Counted from the first letter of the whole stretch, positions 44,431-55,039 are shown. The stretch: 63,339 bases of DNA, filler included, from Stramenopiles sp. TOSAG23-2 (GCA_900128395.1; 9 parts of 9 records of this genome joined end to end with filler, not necessarily neighbours in it); one strand, 5' to 3'. The notes: generated from the letters alone by a model not told the origin. Numbers and translations: made by a program.

Positions 44431-46191
44431 ATGAGTGTAGTCAACCCTTTGCAGAAATCACAAGGGAACAAAAACAAATCACAAATAAATAAAAAGAAAA
44501 AAACGAAAAAAGTCAGTAAAAAAAGGAAAAAAGATCCTGGACATGAATACGAGGGAAAGCAACTATCTCAAAACGTTCATTACAAGCCTATCAATTTATC
44601 TACTATTTTGGCTTTTCGTTTTGATATACACAAAGGCAGTAATGTAAAATCTGTAAAGAATGAGACAAAGAAAATAATAAAACAAGAAATGAACACTTAT
44701 TTCAATAAAGTTTATGGATCTTCTGTCAAAAATGTAACTGAGTTTAAGGAGAAGAATCCAATCGCTTCTTCATGGTTTGAAGTACTAACAGATGACTATA
44801 TAGAGCTCACCGAAACACAAGAAATTGAAAATATGTCTGAGATAAAGGGAAGGTTTTGTCTTGCAATCCATTTATTTCACTTTGAATATATCCAAACAAA
44901 GGAGACAACAAACTTTATATTTGAGCTAATACGTTCAAAAATAAAGGATGCTAAAGTTGGAGACTATACTATTTATCCTGTAGTGGACAAGTGCGTATCT
45001 GGAATGTCAAAACGGGTTTTCTCGAAGCATTTGACGAAACAAGTGATAAAAGAAGGAGTTGCAAAAAAGGAGGGTTATGAACGTTTTCGAAAGGGCTTTC
45101 TGGGGGGGTTTTCGAAAGGTGCCTTTTTATATAATATTGATATGCAGCCACTAGAAATGAATAATGGTACGCTGAAATTGCCCAAAAAAAATGCCGAGTG
45201 GGAGGTGCAAGATAAAAATATTCATATGATACCGATGCATTTCAAAACAAAAGATTATAAATATCTCGACCAAGTTCTAAAATATGAACAGTGTGAAAGT
45301 CGTGTCAAGTACGAGCCACACTATGCACCTAAGGATATTGCAGAAATTCCAAATTATATGTTTTCTTTTAGAAAAAACAATGAAAAAGAAAACAATGAAT
45401 GGGAAAAGACGCGAGATAAATTAATCAAACCGAAACTTGGCGATAGAATTGACACAATTCACCCTGGTCGTATTAGAAAACAGGAAGATAAAAAAGCCAT
45501 GTTCAATGAGAAATTCATGCCAACTGATGACGACGATGATGATGATGGTGGTGATTTTATTGAATATGAAATGATGCTTTATGATAACTCGCATGCGGAT
45601 GGTACATTGTATTATCACGACACAGGGCATGATAAGGAGCTTTTGTATAAAGACAAGTTCGAAAAGAGTATCATTGTATTAAGGCCAGAAGAAATGAACC
45701 AAATGGACGAAATATGGACGAAAAAGAAGACAACAAGATTACCTCAACATACGTTTGCAAAAAGAGATGGTAACGATACAGGTGAAATTTATAGGGCGGT
45801 TGGCTGGCTGGAAGAAGGTTTGATGTCTATGAATTGTGGTGAAGAAGCAATATTCAAATATGAAGCTATGACAGATGCATCGATTACAGGTGCATCAAAA
45901 GATTCTCCCATGAACAAAAATGAACAATATGTTCTAGTAAAGTTAAATAAGGTGGAATATGACATTGAGGGAGTAGAATGTGGTAATTTTACTTGTTGTT
46001 TAACATCTATGGGTGACCAATTAGATGCAGCTGGTGAATTACAGGAGTACTTGCGTTGCGATTCTTCCTGTAAAAAAAACGATTCCATATGCATTGGTGG
46101 TGCGAAATGTATCAGAACTATGTGTAGGTGTAGCATGGCTTCAGCTGGATTATGTGTATTTGCTGTAGCATCCCAAACAGCCACAGATTGA
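44431..46191 (+). CDS. Uncharacterised protein with a degenerate, interrupted FKBP-like domain and a Cys-rich C-terminus
   Basis: 586-aa ORF. PKLGDRIDTIHPGRI and AVGWLEEGLMSMNCGEEAIF...VLVKLNKVE resemble the two halves of an FKBP fold. Confidence 0.6.
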   Translation: MSVVNPLQKSQGNKNKSQINKKKKTKKVSKKRKKDPGHEYEGKQLSQNVHYKPINLSTILAFRFDIHKGSNVKSVKNETKKIIKQEMNTYFNKVYGSSVKNVTEFKEKNPIASSWFEVLTDDYIELTETQEIENMSEIKGRFCLAIHLFHFEYIQTKETTNFIFELIRSKIKDAKVGDYTIYPVVDKCVSGMSKRVFSKHLTKQVIKEGVAKKEGYERFRKGFLGGFSKGAFLYNIDMQPLEMNNGTLKLPKKNAEWEVQDKNIHMIPMHFKTKDYKYLDQVLKYEQCESRVKYEPHYAPKDIAEIPNYMFSFRKNNEKENNEWEKTRDKLIKPKLGDRIDTIHPGRIRKQEDKKAMFNEKFMPTDDDDDDDGGDFIEYEMMLYDNSHADGTLYYHDTGHDKELLYKDKFEKSIIVLRPEEMNQMDEIWTKKKTTRLPQHTFAKRDGNDTGEIYRAVGWLEEGLMSMNCGEEAIFKYEAMTDASITGASKDSPMNKNEQYVLVKLNKVEYDIEGVECGNFTCCLTSMGDQLDAAGELQEYLRCDSSCKKNDSICIGGAKCIRTMCRCSMASAGLCVFAVASQTATD

Positions 46192-46563
46192 GTATATTTT
46201 TTGTATGATAATAGATGGCAACAGACAGAGACTTACCAAGGTCATTTATTTGAAAAAATTTACGCATGGTTTAATGAGAAACGTAGAATATCTCGTATTT
46301 TTTAAATGTTTTTCTATTTGTATGTGTATAAAATATTTCATTTTATAAGTGTATTAAAATGCCCATTTTTCATCAACAAAAGGTTGATAACACATCTAAT
46401 GATTTATCATAAATCATATCATATGATAATAGATACGAGCGCGCGTATTAAGTGATGTGGTTAAAATCTAAGTTATAATAATTTTACACTTCTCGTGTTA
46501 AGTAATATGCTCAATACTCAATCGCAAGAGAATAATATGCTATCCTACTAGATAGTAAAGCTC

Positions 46564-46907
46564 TAATGCACCTCTGATATTATTATATAAATATTATACA
46601 GCGTTATTAAGACGTGCGCCTATACTAATTGTTATGCATTAAAATGTGCATTTGGTGAGGAATACAATGAATTGTACCCTGGTACAATTTACTCCCCACC
46701 CTCTTCATATTTTTCATCAACAGTAGGTTGATAACATCTCTTTACCTCATCCGTAATTTCTGTTACAGAAATTATTGACACACATTTTGTGAGATAGATA
46801 TTAATATTGGCTTAGTCACTGCATTCTTACTCTTCAAAAGAATACAATAACTGAGGCAATAATATCTATCTCACACTAGGGTGTTAATATTCTCATATAA
46901 GAGAATA
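46564..46907 (-). other. Cluster of nested and adjacent hairpins; candidate structured RNA
   Basis: Perfect 15-bp stem 46789-46803 / 46860-46874 closing an 86-nt hairpin, plus stems at 46564/46641, 46641/46788, 46670-46689, 46716-46732, 46754-46774 and 46888-46907. Confidence 0.45.
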
Positions 46908-46954
46908 CCAATGAAGGTAAATAGACGGTATCAACTTTCAGTAATGTATATATA

Positions 46955-49589
46955 TCAAACTATATCCCTTTCACGATTAGTCACCAGGTTCGTACTGCGC
47001 TCTCTAAAAGTACCACCTAAAGAGTTTGAATGTTTCCTACCAACTAGTTGTGCTCTTAACATGGCTGTCGAATTTCTACTCATTTTTTTTTTATTCATGT
47101 ATCCATATGCGTACCAAACGACTATGTAAAATACAAACGATGCTATAAATTTCAAACAGCTAAATAGAACATAAAATAGAATGATTTGCTCGTGTACATA
47201 TTTTTTATTGTAGTATTCAAATAATGCTTTAGGCAATGCTTGATGACCTGCAACTTTGCATTCTGTAGTATTAAAATGTTTTCCAGCACTACAAGTTTTA
47301 TTAATGCTCCGTAAGTTTTGGACCCTTTCCTTCTTCGCAAAATACTCCACATTATAACAATCCACACATTTACCAAATTCACATTTACCATCCTCATTGA
47401 CCATCCTAGTGGCCCAAATAACAATAACAAACATAATCATATTTTCAATCGTTGAAATAATATTTGTTGCAATGAAAAAATATCTTGAAAAACGATATTT
47501 CATGCTATTGATTTTATTATTTGTTTTTATTTGGACATTATTATTCGCTAACGAATCTATATTGTGCAAGCGTAACCATTTCATACTTAATGGTAAATCA
47601 ACAAAAATTGACAATAAAACCCATGGTATTGTTTCTGCAATTAGAGCATTTATGTGAAAATAGTTAATTGATGTATTTTTCGTTGCTAAAAATTTTTTGA
47701 TTTGTTGCAATTCCTCCGGCTCATTTTCGTCTTCTTCCGATTCTTCTTCTGATTCTTCGTCTTCCTCGGATACTTCTTCTGATTCTTCTTCTAATTCAGT
47801 TTTTTTTTTCCCTTTTCCTTTCTCTTCTTCTTCTTCCGACTCGATACTGTCTCCTTCCTCTTGTTCTTCTTCTTTTTCCTGTTCCTCATCCTCATCTTCT
47901 TCATCATCATCATCGCTTTCAATATATTCTGCTGAATTTTCATTTCTATTAAAGTCTAAATCAACTTCATTTTCTCTTTTCATCTTATGCTTGTGCATGA
48001 TTTTCATAATAGTGAAATTTTTTAAGCCGTCTGTACTGCATGGTCTACCATTATGACTTCTTGCTAATATAATTGCAACTAAAATAGAACGCGAAATAAA
48101 GCACATTACAAAAATACCAGCAAAACCGTACAGAAAACCAAATATTATGGCAAACGGGACCCATGAAAAAAGACGCATCAGAATATTTAGAGAATAGTAG
48201 AAAAATGTTAAGACTTGTAACAAAATGCTTCGAAATAAATTTCTTCCTCTCATTTCATCAGAAATTATTTGTGGAAATACGCCATATGGAACATCCCGTT
48301 CCATCAAATCTTGAAGTGTTATACCAACTTGAAAAATACTAATACCTAAAGAGACGGCAAATAAAAATTGATTGCCGCAAAAGTCTTCATTACTTTGTCC
48401 TCCGGTTGAAATGCTATCTTCATGATTTATGTTCCATGTATTCCATACCTTTGCTAATATCAACAATTGCAAAAATATTTGCGGCATTGATTCGGTGGAT
48501 AATTCAAAAACTTTATATATGATAAAACTTTCTGATTTAAAATCATCTGTAACTATATATATATATAATGCATATTTTGATACAAAGTAGTTAGTATTAT
48601 GTAATTGGATGAGGAGAATAGTTATATTAGAACCATTAGTAATAAGAGTGATATACCTACCATTCATGGACAATCGAACTTCGTCTTGTAGATTATTTAT
48701 TTCTGGGTCCTCTAAATCAACTGAAACACGACATGATTTAACTAGTTCTACTAACGGCCTTAACAGCGCTAAATTTACAATAATATCTATAGCTTTAAGT
48801 TTACGTGATCGATCTCTCCAGCCTCCGCAATTGGAAACATAATATGCATGAAAAATAGATGGTGCTATGATACAGCCAACGGCTATAAATAACCCTGTAA
48901 GATATAATAAAAGAAATATTAGTGTTAGAAAGACTAGAAAAAATTAGATCAAAAACAAGTTAGTAGTAGAGAGAGGAAGGATATAAGAAAAACTCACAAA
49001 ATACACGGGACTTAACTAGAACTACTTCACCATCCTCACCTGTAACACCTAATAGTCCATAAATTGCTATTATAACTAATACGTCTGAAATTGTATCAAA
49101 ATACGCCATAGCCGTCGAACAAAGCAACTTAAAGCGTGGATATGCGTTGCCTAAATTACAAGTTTTTAATGTATCAATACAACAGCATGAAGAGCAAATA
49201 TGCTGTTTACTCCTTTGCGCTTTTACCTCTGCGTAAAGAGACAATCGACGTTTAGTATCTTTCACAATTTCCTCTTTAATCTTTTTATCTAACTTTAAAT
49301 GCAATCCAATCTCTAAATTTTTAAGCTCCTTCGAAATTTCGTCACTATTATGAACAGATGATGAAACCATATTTCCGTATTCATTTAGTGTTGTTGGGGG
49401 GTGTCTTTTTAAAGCAAAAGTTAAAAATAATTCACGTCCAAGTTTATTGATATTTATAAGAGTATTGTCTTTAAGAAGAATGGAATCTGTATTTTTTTTA
49501 ATACCGGTTGTTAACTTTGTTCTTTGCGAATTCTTTTCGAACAAAGGATTCGTAGTCACCGTAGCAGGTCTATCTATTACGGCAGCCAT
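46955..49589 (-). CDS. XK-related (XKR) phospholipid-scramblase-family membrane protein; exons 49589-48998, 48894-48661, 48546-46955
   Basis: First-TM motif YFDTISDVLVI and signature FELSTESMPQIFLQL. Introns 48997-48895 (GTGAGT...CTAAC...TACAG) and 48660-48547 (GTAGGT...CTAAC...TACAG) keep the frame. Confidence 0.8.
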
Positions 49590-50331
49590 ATTTTTAATTT
49601 ACTTATTGGGTCAATCCGTTTTAAATAATCAATTGGGTGTATGTACATTGTATATATACATATATATATTATATATCTGTATTTTCTATAATAATACAAC
49701 AATGTATAATTAATCTGTACACCACCACCCACCACAGAGATACTAGAAGACCTATAGAATATAAATATATACGATATAGATTAAAGGTATTAATTATAGC
49801 CAGATAGCAGCTATATTAGCAACATTACCACTTTAAAATTATTTTAAACTACGAATGCTGACGGTCAACATAGACACAGCATTGATCGTCTTAGACATAG
49901 GGTTTTAACGTATTTTCTATTTCCAACTATAAAGTTTCTGTTTTTATCATTAATTTTATCATAAAATATTGCTACCTACTCTCATATTTATCAACTATAA
50001 ATACAATTAAAATAGATAAGATAGAATTATAATCCTTTTGGCCTTTTGGAAATGAAGATATTATGTTGCGGGATGGTGAAAATAATAAAAAAGAGGGGCG
50101 GGCCATATTGAGAAAGAAAAAGAATACAGTAAAACATAGTGCTATTCTGGTATTGATGTATAATACACATATATCAGTATAGCTATATCACAATACTAAT
50201 AAATAATAATAGTATATATATATAGATATATATACATCGATAGATGTAACATTTACTGGTAATCTTCCTTCAAACAGATCACGATTGCATTTCACATTTA
50301 AACATCATTCAATTATTTTAACTAATAGAAA

Positions 50332-51489
50332 ATGAGATTTTTGTTATTACTAGTTATAGGTTTAGTGTGTCATTCGTTTACTGATGCTCACATTCTTCGT
50401 CGCCGCTCTTCCTCTACCGAAGAAACGCGTCCACTTAGATGTTGTAAACCAACACAAACTGGCGTAACAAAAGAAAAAATGGATGCAGCGCATCAAGGCG
50501 AGTGTTGTAAACACCCAAAAACAACGAGAGACGAAGCTAAAACAATATGTGCCAGTTTTAGTTATGTCTTGTGCACACATGCAGAGAAAAACTTAGCAAA
50601 ATTCACTCACCATGCATGTACTGACCATTCGGATCCTTGGTTTGCAGACGAAGCTGCTGGATCTTCCGGTCATACGGGTCCTGCCTCTGGCTCTGGATCT
50701 TCCGGTCATACGGGTCCTGCCTCTGGCTTAGAACTTGGGAAGGGTCATAGAAGTTGGGAAGCAGTCCAAAAGATTCTGAAGGAGAAATTTAAAGGTTCTT
50801 CGTGGCCAGAGATAAGACAAAATCTTATTTCCGCTGATGAGGAAACTCAAGAAAAAATAAGAGCCGAATTACATCAGGACCTAATGAAAAAGTATCCTGG
50901 ACACTCAATTGAAGAAATCAAAAAAAAGTTGACTGACTTTAGAGATCTTTTAGATTCAGATATTCAACAGCATGCATTGCAACACTTCGATGATAAATGC
51001 CCAAAAGGGAGGTTAAAAGCAATAAAGAATGTTCTAGCACAGTTGAAAATGGAACCTGCTTTGCAAGGGAAATCTTGGGTAATTGGGCAACTAAAATGCG
51101 ACAAAGGTGCAACTACTATGGATGAGTGTCAGTGCGACTCGCTTACAACTAATCATATACCGACTCGTACAATAGATATTGATTTTGAAAAAGAAGTACC
51201 TACAGGTACACAGGAGTTTTTGATGGTTATACGGGGTGAAAATGCAGAAAGTCCCTCGGTGCCAGTATCTTGCGATGTTATTCTTGTGGAAACCGACGCA
51301 ACAAAAACAGGAACAGCCCATAGATATAAGCCAACCTATTGCCCAAGTGCAGAAGAAACAAGAATACGTAATTTAGAAAAAACAGTATCTATGTTAAAAC
51401 AAGAGGTAAAAGAGACAGAAGGTACAAGACGTCGTTTATTATCGAAACGTCGGAGGAAGTTATTACAAAGTAAAGGTTGTAGTTCGTAA
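50332..51489 (+). CDS. Secreted Cys-rich protein with C-terminal RRRLL..RRRKLLQ motif
   Basis: Signal peptide MRFLLLLVIGLVCHSFTDA, paired Cys residues, a GSSGHTGPASG repeat, and multibasic motifs. Confidence 0.75.
   Translation: MRFLLLLVIGLVCHSFTDAHILRRRSSSTEETRPLRCCKPTQTGVTKEKMDAAHQGECCKHPKTTRDEAKTICASFSYVLCTHAEKNLAKFTHHACTDHSDPWFADEAAGSSGHTGPASGSGSSGHTGPASGLELGKGHRSWEAVQKILKEKFKGSSWPEIRQNLISADEETQEKIRAELHQDLMKKYPGHSIEEIKKKLTDFRDLLDSDIQQHALQHFDDKCPKGRLKAIKNVLAQLKMEPALQGKSWVIGQLKCDKGATTMDECQCDSLTTNHIPTRTIDIDFEKEVPTGTQEFLMVIRGENAESPSVPVSCDVILVETDATKTGTAHRYKPTYCPSAEETRIRNLEKTVSMLKQEVKETEGTRRRLLSKRRRKLLQSKGCSS
50657..50728. repeat. Exact 36-bp tandem repeat (x2) in coding sequence
   Basis: ctggatcttccggtcatacgggtcctgcctctggct occurs twice. 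Confidence 0.9.
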
Positions 51490-52228
51490 ATCTTAATCTT
51501 TGTTTATGGATATGGTTTTAAAATGTCATTTTATATAAAATTTTCTCTTACTCATATATTTCATATTCATGTACGCTAATTTTCCTACGAAAAACTGTTT
51601 ACTGGATGAATTTTTTTACACTTTCCCCAAATTTTCTGTGTTTGCTCTACTAATAAGAAAAAATCGCAGCAGAAGCTGAAGCGTGCAAGCTATGAATAAG
51701 ATTTTAACCATTATTACTATGATACTTTGTAATGATATCATATCATACTCGTAAATTGATTGTACAGGAAATATGATATATCATTATATCATTTATCATA
51801 ATTATTATTTCTGGTAATTACATACATATTATATTATACAGTATGATATGTGAGTAAATATCATATCATATCATATATATGTGTTTTTCTCTTACTCATA
51901 TGTTATATAAAATTCTTTTACTCCNNNNNNNNNNNNNNNNNNNNNNNNNNNNNNNNNNNNNNNNNNNNTTAATTAATTAANNNNNNNNNNNNNNNNNNNN
52001 NNNNNNNNNNNNNNNNNNNNNNNNTTATATGTAAGAGAACATTTTATATAATACGAAATATACGAATATATATATCATAAAACTGATTGTGTCATTTTTT
52101 ACGGATTCGTACACGAATATTAAAATATTTTTTTATTCCTCGACCCACACGACACAAATATCCCCCTCTCTTTTTTATCACACACACACACACAAGAAGC
52201 ACACCTCTCCGAGAGCCACCTGCTGTGT

Positions 52229-53557
52229 TCAAAAATCTAAAATGATTTTTCTGCTTGGTTTTTCAGAATATTTCGATATATATTCAGGTATTTTGCTTTC
52301 AATTGTTATTTTTTTCTTTGTAATTGGATGATAAAATTGTAATATCCAAGCATGTAAATGCAATTTATCATCATAAAACATATCCACATTATCTCCAACT
52401 TTCTCCATAAATCGCATATATTTTTTATCTCCAACGATTGGTGTTTTCAATGAAAATGCTGATAATGCCCTCAATTGATGCTTGAAACCAGTTATAGGTT
52501 GGAAAATGATATTCTGTTTTCTCATGATAAAGTCATTATTATTATTGGTATTATTATCATTATTATCATATTGTTTTAATAATTCTAATGGGAAAACATT
52601 TGTTTTCGTACGAGTGGCGTCTGTATTATTATCTGTATCATTATTATTATCATCATCATATGCTGGTCTAACCCCATAGCTTGTTTTTGTTAAAGCATAT
52701 GTAACTAAATATTTGTCATTGAAAGTATTATTTTTTTGATTTGTTGTACTTTTCTTCTTCTTGGTTTTTTTTACATTATTATTATTATTGCCTCTTGCAG
52801 CACTGTTATTATTATTATTATTGTCAATTATTACCGGTTCACCAAATGGTAAAAAAACAGTTCCGATATAATATTTTTTAATGCCATGATTTTTAAATTC
52901 TTTTGAAAAATATTGAGCTGTTTTACGGTTTTTTGCAAACATTAAACAACCTGATGTACTTTTATCTAAGCGATGAACAATATATATTTTATTATCATTG
53001 TATTTTTTTAATAATTCATCAGTTACATTTATATTTGTTTTACTTCCATCATGAACTGCAAATTCTGCNNNNNNNNNNNNNNNNNNNNNNNNNNNNNNNN
53101 NNNNNNNNNNNNNNNNNNNNNNNNNNNNNNNNNNNNNNNNNNNNNNNNNNNNNNNNNNNNNNNNNTCATTATCTTCATAAAGTGTTTCAAATTTTATAAA
53201 TGAGACAACATCGTCATTATTACTATTGCTTTCTTCATCAGAAACCATCATCTCGTTCATATCACCATCTATTCTTAATATTTCTTCATCTTTTAAGATA
53301 AAATTAGAGTTGAAAATTTTTACTTGCATATTTGAATCTAGTTTAAAATCATTTTTATTGGATTTTGGAACTCTTTTCCCATTACTAAAAGTTACTTTAA
53401 TTTCTTTTTTACGTATAGAGCGAAATATATGTGACATTGGATTTTGAACTTTTTTTCTTATAAATTTATCAAGTCTAATACCATCTTCCGTTTGATTTAC
53501 TTTCATATCAATAATATTATTATTAACAACAGATAAAGCTCGAATTGGATTATTCAA
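52229..53557 (-). CDS. RluA/RluC/RluD-family pseudouridine synthase with N-terminal S4-like domain (possibly 5'-truncated; internal gap)
   Basis: IRLDKFIRK (S4), catalytic VHRLDKSTSG, PITGFKHQLR, TPIVGDKKY, LHLHAWILQFYHP. Confidence 0.9.
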   Translation of the reverse strand: MNNPIRALSVVNNNIIDMKVNQTEDGIRLDKFIRKKVQNPMSHIFRSIRKKEIKVTFSNGKRVPKSNKNDFKLDSNMQVKIFNSNFILKDEEILRIDGDMNEMMVSDEESNSNNDDVVSFIKFETLYEDNXXXXXXXXXXXXXXXXXXXXXXXXXXXXXXXXXAEFAVHDGSKTNINVTDELLKKYNDNKIYIVHRLDKSTSGCLMFAKNRKTAQYFSKEFKNHGIKKYYIGTVFLPFGEPVIIDNNNNNNSAARGNNNNNVKKTKKKKSTTNQKNNTFNDKYLVTYALTKTSYGVRPAYDDDNNNDTDNNTDATRTKTNVFPLELLKQYDNNDNNTNNNNDFIMRKQNIIFQPITGFKHQLRALSAFSLKTPIVGDKKYMRFMEKVGDNVDMFYDDKLHLHAWILQFYHPITKKKITIESKIPEYISKYSEKPSRKIILDF

Positions 53558-53785
53558 NNNNNNNNNNNNNNNNNNNNNNNNNNNNNNNNNNNNNNNNNNN
53601 NTTAATTAATTAANNNNNNNNNNNNNNNNNNNNNNNNNNNNNNNNNNNNNNNNNNNNTATAAAATATTAATTTATTTTTTTACAAATCCATTTTCATTGC
53701 ATCCATGGAGAACGATACATTATTTATGTGTGCATGTTATTTTAGAGAGATGGGCATAGTAATGTAACGTAACGTAAATAAAATT

Positions 53786-55039
53786 ATGAGTACAAAAAAA
53801 AAATATGGAAACATTTATTCTGTAATTCGATTTTGTGCACATTGGCTCGCCAATTGCACTATTTTCATTTTAACTTTTAACAATTGCTCAATGCATACGT
53901 GTCCCCGTAGTCTACGTCCTTTATCCGTCATAGCGGAAGTAAAGCCAAACAATTACATATTCGCTTTTGGCATGGGCACTTCGGCGCTGTTAACAATAAT
54001 CCTAGTTATAACATTACATATTTCGGTTACAAATTTTTTAGTTTCAAAAAATAATGATAGAATAGAAAAAAAGCAGAATAATAATAATAATAAAGATATT
54101 TATGAGGAAAAAGAAGAATTATTGAAAAGCGAAAATAGGAGTGATAAACACTCCAAAACAACAATGACAATACTACTACGGCCACGTGCATTACAATTAA
54201 AGAATTTTTCGAAATATATATGTATCATTGGAAGTGCATCATATTTCTTTTTATTCATTGTCACAATTACCCATGCACATAAACAAGGATTTATACATTC
54301 ATTTTTTGGTGTATTACATTTTTTCACAAGTTGGACATATTCAGTCTGCGTACAAATATTGCGTCTTTGTTTATTGGATACGTATGGTGGAGAAAATGAT
54401 GTAGATGAAGAAAATAAATCAAGGGCAGTGTTTCGCTTTCAAATTTCTCGTTATTTATTAATATTATTAATAATTTTTGACCTAGCATTCGGTACGTTAT
54501 GGATATACGTGAATATATATTCAAGTCAACGATATAAATATATTGGATTAGAAAGTGTATTAGAAGTTTTAGCTGTTTTAATACAAATTAATTATTGTTG
54601 CACGATTGTATTTGATTCGCCAGGACATTGTAACAAGGTAATAAAAAAAAATGCTTATGATGGTGGTGGTGGTGGTGGTGGTGGTGGTAGTGGAAGGAGG
54701 AAAAAACAAAGAAAGATAGATAACAATTTAGAATTATCTTCTCAAGAACACAAAAGTAATGGCTATAATAATATTACAAAACATAACCAATATAAAAATT
54801 CAATTCAAATGAATGATGATATCGTCGATGAAGAAGTATCAAATAATAGTAGTAATAATTATAGTAGCGATGATGATAGTAGTAGCGATGATGACGAATA
54901 TAATGATGAGAAGGAAGATATTTTTGTTCCAATCCATCCTAATTTAGATATAGATACTAAATATAAATGTAAGGACATGTGTAAATTATTTATAATATCA
55001 ATTTCACCATGTATAAGAGTCACAAGGAGAAATTATTAG
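53786..55039 (+). CDS. Frag1/DRAM/Sfk1 (TMEM150-like) multi-pass membrane protein
   Basis: PLSVIAEVKPNNYIFAFG, IHSFFGVLHF and LEVLAVL...TIVFD motifs, with six hydrophobic helices. Confidence 0.7.
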   Translation: MSTKKKYGNIYSVIRFCAHWLANCTIFILTFNNCSMHTCPRSLRPLSVIAEVKPNNYIFAFGMGTSALLTIILVITLHISVTNFLVSKNNDRIEKKQNNNNNKDIYEEKEELLKSENRSDKHSKTTMTILLRPRALQLKNFSKYICIIGSASYFFLFIVTITHAHKQGFIHSFFGVLHFFTSWTYSVCVQILRLCLLDTYGGENDVDEENKSRAVFRFQISRYLLILLIIFDLAFGTLWIYVNIYSSQRYKYIGLESVLEVLAVLIQINYCCTIVFDSPGHCNKVIKKNAYDGGGGGGGGGSGRRKKQRKIDNNLELSSQEHKSNGYNNITKHNQYKNSIQMNDDIVDEEVSNNSSNNYSSDDDSSSDDDEYNDEKEDIFVPIHPNLDIDTKYKCKDMCKLFIISISPCIRVTRRNY

